From NCBI GenBank assembly GCA_964016885.1, contig OZ024752.1, positions 14,632,001 to 14,696,000 on the forward strand: 64,000 nucleotides of DNA, read 5' to 3'. Below, piece after piece: positions 26,483 to 40,133 of the stretch. The stretch comes from Eledone cirrhosa (taxonomy: Eukaryota). The translations under genes were made by a program, and so were the position numbers. How positions within the stretch are numbered: position 1 is the first letter of the stretch; the number at the start of each line of letters is the position of its first letter. The notes below the pieces were generated by a model. That model was not told the origin of the DNA, ran no database searches, and saw only the letters and a list, made by a program, of their open reading frames with translations.

Positions 26483-26515
<33 letters not shown>

Positions 26516-26528
26516 CACACATATACAT

Positions 26529-26562
<34 letters not shown>

Positions 26563-26565
<3 letters not shown>

Positions 26566-28779
26566 ATATAAGATCAAAAGATGGTTAAAGGAGTTCAATA
26601 TATTTTATTATGCGCATTTCAAAAACAAACATCATCAAACAATAATATTTGTGTTTTCATCAGATAAAACAGGAGAACATGATATGAAGGCTAAAAAAAC
26701 ACTTGTTGATAGTGCAGTTTTAAATCAACATATGAAAAGTGGTTTTAGATTGATGTGTGATATTGGGAAAAATATTTTATTTAGAGAGGGGGGGAGAGAA
26801 AAGGATGAAAAGGGAAGGAGATGAGAGGGAGAGATGGGTGATAGAGAGAAAGAGATAGTTTTTATAACTGAGAGGAGATATATTTTATATAGAGGGGTTG
26901 AAAACCGTTGGAAGATACTGTATAAATTAAAAATTTTGAAAATTAACGAAGGGAGGATATGTGCGAGGAAAAAATATATTATATTTAGGGAGGGGTGGGG
27001 GTGGAAAGGATGAAAAAAAGGGGAGGAGATGAGAGTGAAGGTGGAAAGGGAGAGATGGGTGATAGAGAGAAAGAGATAGTTTTTATAACTGAGAAAAAGA
27101 TATAATGTTTTAATATAGAGAGGTTGGGAACCGTTGGAAGATAATGTATAAATTAAAGGAATTTGAAAATTAACGAAGGGAAATTATGTATGGAGATAGA
27201 GAGAAAAAAAATAACGAAGGGAAATTATGTATGGAGATAGAGAGAAAAAAATAATAATTGTGGGTGAATATTCTAACGTCAAATGGATGAGGGTAATAAG
27301 TAAACGAGTATTATAGAGTGAACTTTTCACAAAGTATACAGTTAATATTCAATTCTTTATCAATTTAGAATCTTTTCTCAAAGGCACATATACATACACC
27401 TCTTTAAAATATACCCATCTACCTTACTTTAAAGGGCATTATACACTCTATAATACTCGTTTACTTATTACCCTCATCCTATCTTCTCGTAAAACAATAA
27501 CATTTGTTTTTGACATTTTGAATATTCATCCGCAATCATTATTATTTTTTTCCCTCTATCATAAATCTTTTTAATCTCAATTTCATCCTTAATTTATTAT
27601 TATATATTTTTTTTTAATATATACTCATATATTCTTTAAAATATACCCATCTACCTTACTTTAAAGGGCATTATACACTCTATAATACCCGTTTACTCAT
27701 CACCCTCATTATATCTCCTCGTAAAACAATAACATTTGTTTTTGACATTTTGAGTATTCATCCGCAATCATTATTATTTTTTCTCTCTATCATAAATCTT
27801 TTTAATCTCAATTTCATCCTTAATTTATTATTATTTTTTCTCCCCATCAACGAACTCATTATTAATACATATGAATTCAATATAAAAACTTTAACTTCAC
27901 ATTATTTTTCTCAAATCCTTCTACACATAAACTTTTTCTCTTTGCTAATTTTAAAATTCCTACAATTCTTCTTTTGACGTTAGAATATTCACCCACAATT
28001 ATTATTTTTTTCTCTCTATCTCCATACATAATTTCCCTTCGTTATTTTTTTTTCTCTCTATCTCCATACATAATTTCCCTTCGTTAATTTTCAAATTCCT
28101 TTAATTTATACATTATCTTCCAACGGTTCCCAACCTCTCTATATTAAAACATTATATCTTTTTCTCAGTTATAAAAACTATCTCTTTCTCTCTATCACCC
28201 ATCTCTCCCTTTCCACCTTCACTCTCATCTCCTCCCCTTTTTTTCATCCTTTCCACCCCCACCCCTCCCTAAATATAATATATTTTTTCCTCGCACATAT
28301 CCTCCCTTCGTTAATTTTCAAAATTTTTAATTTATACAGTATCTTCCAACGGTTTTCAACCCCTCTATATAAAATATATCTCCTCTCAGTTATAAAAACT
28401 ATCTCTTTCTCTCTATCACCCATCTCTCCCTCTCATCTCCTTCCCTTTTCATCCTTTTCTCTCCCCCCCCCTCTCTAAATAAAATATTTTTCCCAATATC
28501 ACACATCAATCTAAAACCACTTTTCATATGTTGATTTAAAACTGCACTATCAACAAGTGTTTTTTTAGCCTTCATATCATGTTCTCCTGTTTTATCTGAT
28601 GAAAACACAAATATTATTGTTTGATGATGTTTGTTTTTGAAATGCGCATAATAAAATATATTGAACTCCTTTAACCATCTTTTGATCTTATATTATGCAT
28701 ACTCCAGTCCCACAAACTGTAGAGTGCTTCTTATCCGATATCTGCATTGCTTTATTGTACTACAATAAAACTCACCTCC

Positions 28780-28783
<4 letters not shown>
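26563..28783. mobile_element. Large fold-back element, ~720-bp inverted arms (26563-27283 / 27973-28696)
   Basis: Near-perfect reverse complements; HHR in each arm; internal ~200-bp direct duplication (27400/27633); (TA)n flanks. Confidence 0.9.
28591..28655 (+). ncRNA. Minimal type I hammerhead (mirror copy 26604-26668, minus)
   Basis: UUUAU-CUGAUGA-AAACACAAAUAU/AUGUUUGUUUU-GAAA-UGCGCA-UA-AUAAA. Confidence 0.8.
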
Positions 28784-28825
<42 letters not shown>

Positions 28826-28851
28826 TATGTATATATATATATATATATAAA

Positions 28852-28943
<92 letters not shown>

Positions 28944-28947
28944 TATG

Positions 28948-28983
<36 letters not shown>

Positions 28984-29051
28984 AATATATGTATATATAT
29001 ATATACATATATGTATATATATATATAAATATATGTATATATATATATACA

Positions 29052-29195
<144 letters not shown>

Positions 29196-29221
29196 TATGT
29201 ATATATATATATAAATATATG

Positions 29222-29255
<34 letters not shown>

Positions 29256-29285
29256 AATATATGTATATATATATATACATATATG

Positions 29286-29368
<83 letters not shown>

Positions 29369-29557
29369 ACTTATAGAGAGTAGTGCACATAGAGATATGT
29401 GTTGATACTAGGGACGAACATAATACCTACAGAAGGAATGGTGAATAGTAATCAATACAAATACTAGTTTAAGTGCACTACCCATCAAATTATAACAATA
29501 ACACCCGGACTAACTGTTAATTACTGGAATAATGTTGCGCATAGAGTTACGGCGCTT

Positions 29558-29682
29558 CTAATCTGAGTCGACATCCCGCCAGGGTTAAGTTTACCTTTCA
29601 TCCTTACGGGATCGACAAAATAAAGTACCAGTAATGTACTGGATAATTGCTGGCCTTGTGCCAACTGTATAAACAGTTATTA
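29558..29682 (+). mobile_element. tRNA-derived SINE, partial
   Basis: CCTTTCATCCTTACGGGATCGACAAAATAAAGTACC core and tail. Confidence 0.75.
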
Positions 29683-29774
29683 GAACATATAATAGTAATA
29701 ATTCCAATGGAACTATGTGATGACAATTCTTGTTTTTATAGTAGGACTTAAAGGGACATAACAGAACTACGGAG

Positions 29775-30212
<438 letters not shown>

Positions 30213-30929
30213 CGCATATATATACATATGTATAGTTGCATATACATATATACATAAATATACATATATACACATGCTTACATGTATATACATATTTCCA
30301 CAATTTTGGATGGCCGTGACTCCTATGAGTTCTTCCGCCCTTTATCATACACACATACATACATACACACATACATACATACATACATACACACATACAT
30401 ACATACATACACACATACATACTTGTGTGTGTGCGTGTGTGTTGAACAAAGAAAACAAAAGTCGACGTTTAAGGCTTAATTAGTTTATTGTTTTACGATA
30501 TAATTAGGATGAATCGATATCCAGATACAACAGATCCATCTCACCATCTTTCTCAGAAATATTCGTTTCTGCTCATTTGCATTTTTGAAGATCAATATCA
30601 GATTTTCATTCTACTGTTCAAGTTGATACTCTTCACTAAATCCTTTAGTGCTCAATTTTACCGGTACTAGCAACAATAAGGTATAACATTAACTCATGTG
30701 ATTTAAGGAATAGCTGTCATTGTTGAGAGAATCTTTACTGTTTATTCCCCAAATAGTGCCATATATCATTAGATTACAAGAATATACTTCCACTTAAATT
30801 AGTTGCTATTCGTTGATAGAAATTATTTAGCAGGGTTTTCATAGATCAATAAATATTTTTGGAGTATATAATTTCTAGATAGGTACAATAAATTGTAAGT
30901 CTAGACTCGCTAAAAAACTTTAATAAAAT

Positions 30930-31112
30930 AATTGTTTCTACTTTTGACACAAGGCCAGCAATTATCCCAGTGTATTACTGGTACTTTATTTTATCGAACC
31001 CCCGTAAGGATGAAAGACAAAGTTAACATCGTCGGGATTTGAACTCAGTCCGTAAAAGGACGTAACTGTGCTACAAAGCATGGCGTCCGACCCTCTACCG
31101 ATACTGCCAATT
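30930..31112 (-). mobile_element. tRNA-derived SINE
   Basis: Same family as 3837-4024. Confidence 0.85.
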
Positions 31113-31717
31113 TAATAAAATAATGTTTTACAGTCTTTACTTGTGTATGATGGACATATGACAAAGACAGGAGATTATCTCTTCAGTATTTAGAGGACAT
31201 ATGTAGAGAAAATATTGCCAAAAAGCATCTAATAACATCTTCTATATTCACTGGACTCCAATTAAGTGTGCTATGGGATTTAAATTCCAACTCACTGAAT
31301 CTAAAGTTAAATCATTAACTGATTAACGTTTCCGTTACTTTTTCTAGTCTTGTTTAGATTAAGTGGTGTTATTGGTATTTACAATAAGTGGTATTATTTG
31401 GGTTTGTCCCAATATATGCTAACACTTCCCAAGTAAACTCTAATCTCAAGTGAATGAAATCAATATGACTAGTAAAATTACTCGCCTGGAATTGTAAAGA
31501 TTATCTCGCTGTAGCAGTTGGAACACCCTTGTTTCCTTTCTCGAGATTTCAAGTTGTTTGTAAAATGTAACAGTCTCCTCATAAATAAACAATTAAGTGG
31601 CTTTGGATACGCTGAGCATATTATAGTTACCTGATTTATTAACGTAGCTTTCAATGAGATTAAACGTGACACGATGTGTGACAGCATTCCTTTGATTTAC
31701 AGGAATATAAACATTTA

Positions 31718-31836
31718 TCCCTCTGCGTTGATTGGAGCAAAATGAAATCAACTAACTTGCGCAAGGATACAGCGTACCACCACCTGTCATCGAACTCACG
31801 AGCTTAAGATAGACAGCCGAACACCATAACCACTCA
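31718..31836 (-). mobile_element. Decayed CORE-type tRNA SINE
   Basis: TGGAGCAAAATGAAAT...CTTGCGCAAGGATACA and ATCGAACTCAC (B-box reverse complement). Confidence 0.5.
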
Positions 31837-32739
31837 TATTGGCGCATTCACTGTTTGGGAAAACCGTACAATAAAACGTTTCGAGGTTTCAATAATTTGT
31901 TAACTCAGAATTGTAAAAGAACAGGTGCAGACTAAATGCTAGATTTATCATGGTTTACTATCAGTGCAATGGAGGATGTACCGACAGAACTCCATAAAAA
32001 TGGAGTGATTTTAATGGTGATTATATCGAGTTAGTGATAGTTCTCTGTGTAGCGTTGCTGATCGTAATTCAACATTTTTACAATACACTTCTTTGCTGGA
32101 AGTATGATATTGGTTAGTGTAATGTGAAATTCACAACCTAACAAAGAGCAGATACTCTATTCAAGCATTTTAATTTTATCGGTAACAAATTTGAAAAAAG
32201 GTAACTAACAATGATTGCGAAGTGTTAATATCCACTGATGTCTATTGCTCTTTGGTTCTACGTTGTTTAAATTATTTTATAAATAACAAGAAATAATTGT
32301 AAAACTATCGCTATATTGACAATATGATTAACGATAGAGTATAGCGTATTGCAAACATTTGCATATAATGAACCTATTAGCTGATTGAAAAGTTAAACTT
32401 TGCATACAGAAGCACTGAATGCCTCATTGTTCTACTGTTGCATTGTATCTATGATAGATGTTTTTGTTGTTGCGACAGAGTTGTATGTTTTCTGCTAGAG
32501 AACAGATGGTGGGGAGGAAGTTCAGCTTCAAAATATGATGGTTAGCTGCGCTATAAGCACTTCACTGCCTGACCAGTACACTACCTAGATCTACACAGCA
32601 GCAAGCTACTAGAGTACATATGAAGATAAAGCAATATGTGACGCTGTTAGCTCTCAAGAAAACACTCACAGGCCAGGGATATAGTTACGATGAAGCGATT
32701 TAAGGTGACATTTAGAAAAGCTTAATTTTCCGTGGTCTG

Positions 32740-33150
32740 AAAACATGAGCAAAGTAGTAACTGGCCCGAAAAGGACAGGGAAACCCTCAGTATAGCCAGA
32801 TGACATTAAACCACAACGTACTGTATTGCGCTTCGAAAATTATATTGCACTTTCCATCTAACGCCGAAAGCAGTGTTCATGGTTTGGCCAATTCTCCTGA
32901 GAGGCGTGAGATTCACGCACACACTTTGTTTGTCTCGAAAACACGAATGCGGATCCTGAAGGAGGAAGCGTTAATAGTTGGCAACTGGAACGTTTCATCT
33001 GTTATAGGCAACGAGCAGGAATTTGCCGAGGAGGCCAGATGATACCAAGTTTATATAGACGGAATTTCCTCAACTAAGTTCTGTTGCTCTGCATCATAGA
33101 TGGGTTTAATATTTGTGATCGGATAAATGGGGCTAATTCAAAACTATACA
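32740..33150 (+). pseudogene. Decayed RTE-like LINE 5' region / AP endonuclease N-terminus
   Basis: LIVGNWNVSSVIGNEQEFAEEAR*YQVYIDGISST matches the GTWNV...DIVG APE start. Confidence 0.55.
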
Positions 33151-33538
33151 GTGTAATTGCCTGATTTTGTGATGCTACGTATTGTGCCCTGCTCTGGTCA
33201 TAATCTTTATGAACAGGGTTGTCATGAGTATCTAGGTTAGCAGTGCTATCAAAATCGGTGGGCGTAGGTACAGCCAACAGAAAGTTGCAGATGATTATGC
33301 ACTGGATAAGTGTCTACTGTGTGATTCAAGGCAGGATTGAAAATCAGTGCAACGAGGACTGAGACATCCGCCCTCTCAAGAAACCTGAACCCGGAATACA
33401 TGTGTTTCACTCCATTACTGGTCTAACCAACCGTTGAACCGTCATTTACTGTTTTTTCTTTCGTATTCAATTTTTATTGAAAACATATAGTTTAATTATT
33501 AGACAAATAAATAAAGATTTCTAATAGATACACTAGAC

Positions 33539-33635
33539 CAGGGGTCACCAATCTTTTGGACCTCCCTAATATGGATTTTTGTAAAAAGATGGATACATTA
33601 AAATTCTTATGTGGGCCATCGGTTGATGACCGCTG
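33539..33635. mobile_element. hAT (Charlie-like) MITE
   Basis: CAGGGGTCACCAA / TTGATGACCGCTG TIRs; 8-bp imperfect TSD CACTAGAC / CACTGGAA. Confidence 0.55.
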
Positions 33636-33673
33636 CACTGGAACATTTATGTTTATAATCACAATTACATATA

Positions 33674-33858
33674 ACTGTTTCTACTTTAGGCACAAGGCCA
33701 GCAATTATCCCAGTGCACTACTGGTTCTTTATTTTATTGACCCCGTAAGGATGAAAGGTAAAGTCAACCTCGGCGGGATTTGAACTCAGATCGTAAAGGG
33801 ACGTAACTATGCTGGGAAGCATGGCGCCCGGCCCTCCACCGATACTGCCAATCCACTA
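33674..33858 (-). mobile_element. tRNA-derived SINE
   Basis: Same family as 3837-4024. Confidence 0.85.
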
Positions 33859-34694
33859 ACATATAACAAGAGTGAATACTTCTTAAAACATACATGTTTT
33901 CAGTCACACGTCTACAGTCAGTCGTCATCTAATCAGTTCTATAAAACTTGGTCGCTTCTTTGCTGAAAATATTTCATTCATTCAGTTGAATACTGTTTCT
34001 GTTTTAAAGGTCTTCTGCCAACTACAGTATCAGTTTCATGAACACATTACTCTGGATGTATATTCGTAGAATTTAATATTTTCTCGTTATAACATTCTAA
34101 TGTAGTGGCATGAGCATATATCATTAGCAGAAACATTTGGCTCCAGTTTCATACTAAATATTTCCAATAACTTTATGACAATGAATCCATATGCACATTG
34201 CAAAACTGGAGGAACGTATGCTAAATTATATTAGTTCTAACTAGCTTTGAAAATCAACAAGTGTCCTGATAATACAAAAGTATGCGACGAAGAGAAGACA
34301 TTGCTTCTTCAACACTTTGCTGAAATAGTAGTGATATATCTCATAATTAGACGAATAATGATGTATATGAGAAGGCGTGAATATTAGAAAATTCAAACTG
34401 ATAATTATCGCAGAAATTACGCACTGTTATTTGAATGCAAAAATAAAAAAATGAATGGAGTAAGTGATTCAGCAGCTGTATGCTAATTAAAAAAATAATT
34501 GTTTCTACTTTAAAAAAAATGATAATTAGACGGAACCGAAAATTAAAAATGAAATAGTTTAATCATTTCGGCAAGTAGTATAACGACACGTGATTATGTT
34601 TCGATCTCATTAAATCTCATCAGTGTACTATAGATATGTTAATATCTAGTCGCACTATGGGTTTAAGTTTAGGAATTCTCGTATACTATTTTAC

Positions 34695-35790
34695 CAGTGT
34701 CGGTGTCGACAGAGCGTCCCACAAAAAGCTTTGTCGCATAGAGTTCAAGCCCTTTATTTCCTCGGTTCACAACCACCAACGTTAGCTTTGCTTTTCTTCC
34801 TTACAGGGTCGATAAAATAAAGCACCAGTAAAGGACTGAGGTCAATTTAATCGACTTTAACACACCAAAATTGTTGGCCCTGTGCCTAACTCAGTAACAA
34901 GTAATTTAGAGGGCTCTATAAAATAAAACACCAGTAATATATTGAAGTCGATCTAACCGACCACCCACCCAAATAATTGGCCTGGTGTCTAACTCAGAAA
35001 CAGTTATTCTGGCGTCAGTGTCAATAGAGCGCCGCACAACATACTATGCATCGTATAGTTCAAGCTCCTTACGTCCTGTGATCAAATCCCACCGAGGTTA
35101 GCTTTGCCTTTCATCATTATGGAGTCGATAAAATTAAGCTCCAGTAATGAACTGAGATATATTTACTTCACCTTACCCTCCCCCACCAAAATTGTTGGCC
35201 TTGTGCCTAGACCAAACCAATATTTTGGTAGTAATCGGTGTGTTATGGCATATGATTACGCTCTTTTGACTGATCTGAGTTCAAATCCCACTGAAGTTAG
35301 CTTTATATTTCATCATTGCAGGGTCGATAAAAAGTACCAGTCTAGTACTGGGGTCGATTCTTCCTCTATGTCTCTTTCTCATTTCCTCTATCTCATTTTC
35401 TATTTTTCTCTGGAAAGAAATCTACTGTACTCAGCCCTGGAGAGAGACGGGCTCCGCCAGGGTTAAAATGCCCGAGAAATGCTGTATATCAATACGGTGC
35501 CCCTATGACTCTCTCAGGAGTTACGGGAGCATACATACATAAATATAATGCACTAAGATCAATTTAATCGATTCTCCCCTTAACCAGAATATGTTTGGCC
35601 TTGTGCCTAACTCAGAGAACATTATTTTACCAACGTCGAAAGAGCGGCGGACGACATGATGTGCGACATATAGTTCTAGCCGTTACTTTCTCAGTTTAAA
35701 TCCCGAGGTTAACTTTGCCTTTCATCCTTACGGGGTCGATAAAACAAAGTACCAGTAATATAGTGTGTTCGACTTACTTAATCGAACTTA
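34695..35790 (+). mobile_element. Head-to-tail cluster of about 5 diverged SINE units
   Basis: Repeated GCCTTTCATC..GTCGATAAAA..ACCAGTA cores and TTGGCCTTGTGCCTAA tails. Confidence 0.75.
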
Positions 35791-36438
35791 TCCGCCCACC
35801 ACAATTATAGTATTGAGGTTGTAGAGTACAGTGTTGAGTAGAATACTCGTATACATATACCCCAGGACCGGATCAATAATTATTGCCTTTCTGAAGGATG
35901 GAAACATTCGCAGCTTGGGAGCAACTGGAATTCAGAACCAAAGATTTCAAAGTTGATTTCACAAGCCAACTACACACAAACTCTTTCAATTTCGACATAT
36001 TATGTTCATATTTCAATCATTCTGTTTCTAATACCTGAAATATTTCCCCCCTTAATATATATAAAACATGCACTACATTGAAAATACCGATACGTGTAAC
36101 TTGGGACGAAAAATAGAACTTTCAGTTGCTGGAAGAAAGTGATAGCAAAAAATATTCATGATATGGTGATATGGTAAGGGTTGTATATTTGTTCTATATC
36201 ACTAGGCACCAGGCCCCGTTATTTCTCTCCTTCCCTCTCCAATTCTATTTTCTCTCTTTTTGCGCCACCTTAGTTCAAATACACCATGTGAGTAAACTTG
36301 CTTTTGTTGATTACAGTGCAGGTTTTTCAACTAGAATGAAAGGAGAGTCCTATAATTTGAATTATGCCTATAATAGTATTATTTCCATCCTAGAACAAAG
36401 ACCAACTATCCGTATTGAGTGCAGATACATTATTTATT

Positions 36439-36610
36439 TATGGCAGTATCGGTAGAGGGTTGGACATGCTTTCCAGCATAGTTACGTCCCTTTACGATCT
36501 GAGTTCAAATCCCGCCGAGGATAACTTTGCCTTTCATCCTTACGATAAAATAAAGTACAAGTAATCTATGGGTAATTGCTGGCCTTGGGCCAAAAAGTAG
36601 AAACAATTAT
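36439..36610 (+). mobile_element. tRNA-derived SINE
   Basis: TGGCAGTATCGGTAG A-box, GAGTTCAAATCCC B-box, core and tail. Confidence 0.88.
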
Positions 36611-36774
36611 ATATTTATGTTAAAGAACGGAGAATAAATAAATATTATATATATGAATAACCACACGAACATACACACCCAGGTCTTTATATATACACAT
36701 ATATATATATGTATATATATGTGTATATATAAAGAATCTTATGGGAAAATTACCATTTTATATATATATAGATC

Positions 36775-37311
36775 AAATAAAGTTAAATAAAAAGTCAAAT
36801 GTTTAAAATTTAGCTTCGTTTATTACTGCTATATATATTTCAGTGACAGCCATCTTTGGCTGTGACCTCTTCAGGCAGTGCGAATTAGTATGGTATAGAC
36901 AAGTACATATGTTGTTGAGGTGTATAATATTGTCAATACTCTGATATGCCCAGTTCCTGGTTGGGTTGTTATTTCACTGAGGAACTGGAATCATATGAAT
37001 TCAAACAAACGAATTTCAGTGTCAAAGGGCATATCAGAGTATTGGGCATATCAGAGTATTGACAATATTATACACCTCAACAACATATGTACTTGTCTAT
37101 ACCACACTAATTCGGACTGCCTGAAGAGGTCACAGCCAAAGATGGCTGTCACTGAAATATATATAGCAGTAATAAACGAAGCTAAATTTTAAACATTTAA
37201 CTTTTTATTTAACTTTATTTTAGATTACTCCGGAGTAACCAAACCAACCTGCGCACTTCGTCGAGTGCTCCACCCTGCATACTGAGGTGTGGTATACAAC
37301 CAACACATACT

Positions 37312-37313
<2 letters not shown>
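36775..37313. mobile_element. Fold-back pLTR element, ~176-bp arms (36775-36950 / 37042-37220)
   Basis: Reverse-complement arms, each with an HHR; GAGTGCT at 37263; (TA)n flanks. Confidence 0.9.
37116..37170 (+). ncRNA. Minimal type I hammerhead (mirror copy 36825-36879, minus)
   Basis: ACUGC-CUGAAGA-GGUCACAGCC/GGCUGUCACU-GAAA-UAUAUA-UA-GCAGU. Confidence 0.82.
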
Positions 37314-37358
<45 letters not shown>

Positions 37359-37655
37359 TACACGAAATGTAATTTAGCCATAAGATTATTTATTCATATA
37401 TTCTTTATGAGTATATTTTCTACACATCACAGCAGATTATCTGAATGCACCAACATTTAATTAAGGGTATTAGGGGAGCGACATACTATTTTCTTTATTT
37501 CGTAACGAGTCATTGTTCCTATGCCGAGTCAATTACATGATTTAGATTATGTGATAGCAAATACGAATCCCAATCCTCACCCACCTTCATATATATTATG
37601 TTATATATGCATTATATTATATACATTACATATATTATATTATATATATACGTAC

Positions 37656-37694
<39 letters not shown>

Positions 37695-37791
37695 TCGTTT
37701 TTGAATTTGTTTTGCGGGATTTCTTATCTGAAAACGTGTGTTGAAACATATATTGTTGTATATATATATATATGTGTGTGTATATTATATA

Positions 37792-37889
37792 TAGAGGGTG
37801 TCACCCGAAAATGTATACAGATATTCATTACTTGTACAGGCAATATTTATTAGAATGCTGTTAAGTATGTGTACATCGTTTCGAGACAC

Positions 37890-37894
<5 letters not shown>
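37792..37894. mobile_element. Tc1-like MITE (related decayed copy at about 39810-39900)
   Basis: AGGGTGTCACCCGAAAATGTATACA / TGTACATCGTTTCGAGACACCCT TIRs in TA context. Confidence 0.6.
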
Positions 37895-37965
<71 letters not shown>

Positions 37966-38169
37966 CATCAAAATAATTTAGTAGTATCTAATAAAAATAA
38001 AACACACTATTAGAGGAAAAAACAAAATAGGAAAAAAATTAATGAAATATTTTTTTGTTGAACTATTTGTTGATAAATTTGAACCTGGTCCGCCAAATAT
38101 AGATCTGTTCAGGAGGAAGTAACTCTGCCTATGAACTCCCTCCGAAAATAGACTCTTCTTTTATAGCTT

Positions 38170-38898
38170 ACTAGCAGAGGTACCCGGCGTTGCTCGGGTA
38201 TTAAATAGCTGTTATGTATACCATTTATGTCAATACTTCAGTGCTGCTTCGAAAACTATACTTTTATAAACTCATCGACTTTTTCCAAAAGGGGGTTCCT
38301 GCCCTCAGGGGTCCCCTACTCAATATGTGCCAATTCTGAGAGTTCACATTCATCTGTAGAACAAACGTATCCCATGTGTCAAGTTTTGTGAAAATCGGTT
38401 ACGAACTCCAGAAGTTATGACGTTTTTTTGGCATTACACTGCAGTGCTTCAGCCGAAGGTTTTAGTAGACAGACAGACAACCTCTGTAGACAGACAGACA
38501 ACCTCAGTTTTATACATATAGATTAGTCTAACGACTCCATTTACACCATAAACTTGGTCTCGTCTTTGCATGAAATTGTTCTTCTCGGTCCACCGCGTCG
38601 TTTATACGTAACATAAAGAGATAAGCAAATGACGCCATAAAAGGGAAATAACTCGTCTCTCATCTCTATTTATACATTTGAACTGAAAAATCAATACATT
38701 ACAAATTCGATTTTTACACTTGGCGTGGGTCGATTTGAAAATTTATTTGACCGATGGTTCCGCCGAGCCTTCATCTATAAGTGTAGCAATTTCACCGAAA
38801 TTTGAACGTACGGTTTAAGAGGAGATGTGTGCCGAAGGTTTTAGTAGACAGACAACCTCAGTAGACAGACAGACAACCTCAGTTTTATATATATAGAT
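38170..38898 (+). mobile_element. HINE/DINE-1-like element(s) with duplicated 3' end
   Basis: ACTAGCAGAGGTACCCGGCGTTGCTCGGG start; AAGTTTTGTGAAAATCGG; (GACA)n ACCTCAGTTTTATAYATATAGAT ends at ~38523 and ~38898. Confidence 0.7.
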
Positions 38899-39080
38899 AA
38901 ACGGAAGTCGTTTCGCACTTTTCGGATTCTTCATTGCAGTTTTTTTTCTACATCACTTCTGTGAGGATTTTGACTACATCTTGTTCTCTCTGGATTATCT
39001 ATAGATATGCAGACTGTTTTGCAGACAAACTGTTTTGTCAATAAAGTAAGTCACGTTACATTTAAGTATTCGACTCACGA

Positions 39081-39244
39081 TAACCACAACAGAACAGCTG
39101 TTGACCACAAGCTAACTATAGCCACAACAGAATAGCTGTTGACCACCAGCTTACTATAGCTACAACAGAACAGCTGTTGACCACTATCTAACTATAGCTA
39201 CAACAACAATTGTTGACTACCAGTTAACTATAACCACAACAGAA
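39081..39244 (+). repeat. 39-bp minisatellite, about 4 copies
   Basis: Unit TAGCCACAACAGAACAGCTGTTGACCACCAGCTAACTA. Confidence 0.85.
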
Positions 39245-39931
39245 GAGCTATGCAAATTACTTACTAACAACACCAGAGTATCTCAATTTTACAGTTTATC
39301 TCGTGTTACAGTTTAAACATTTGATATCTTTTCGAACTTAAACAACCAGAACAAATTTCACAAACAGTGAGATGTGGTTACTGAATACTGCCACAAGTGT
39401 GTGGTTTACACATCTTGTCTTCTGCCCCTCTTCCTTCACCCATAAATTCCTGCGATGATAGTGTGAGTAGAGTCCTCCAACACGTCTCCCAGGGAGTGGG
39501 TCCTGTCAGAAGCAACCGTCTCTAATTAATCCGGTTCCATCCTCCAAGCGAGACCAACACCATAAGCTTCACTTTATACGGCATTCAATGAGCTAATCTA
39601 GCCAAGATTTAAGTACTATGTTGGGAAGGAATCTACCAGTCCCAGTAAGTATGTTTCAATTATATTTTACTTGAACTGTTTAACATTTAAAACTAATATT
39701 GGTATCCTCATATACGAGGGTAAGCTGCAGATTTCATAGGCTGACTATAGAGGAGCAATGCTAGAGCTGTGAAATCTTGCATGCATGAATTTCAGCTCTC
39801 TTTATCATATATAGATGGTGTCCAAAAATGTATATACAAAGGCTATGCATTCTAATAAATATTACCTGTAGATGTAATCAATGAGTGTATACATGTTTGA
39901 TATTATATTTTATTATATATATATATATATA

Positions 39932-40133
39932 CGTTATTCCGGGTTGAATCGGAGGTAACCACAGTAAGTAAGGTACTCAATACATTGCAGAGTATAAAAG
40001 TTTTAATATAGATGAGATTCTACAGGACTAGAACTGTTTCCTTCTTTAGAAATCATCAGGAATCAGAGATTCCTGATGATTTCTAAAGAATGAAACAGGT
40101 CTAGTCCTGTAGAATCTCATCTATATTAAAACT
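39932..40133. mobile_element. Mini fold-back element made of two back-to-back hammerheads
   Basis: 135-bp palindrome 39999-40133 with 3-nt centre; GAGTACC (minus) at 39972-39978; (TA)n flanks. Confidence 0.88.
40068..40116 (+). ncRNA. Type I hammerhead with full stem III (mirror copy 40016-40064, minus)
   Basis: GAUUC-CUGAUGA-UUUC(UAAA)GAAU-GAA-ACAGG/CCUGU-A-GAAUC; GUA site at 40111. Confidence 0.85.
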
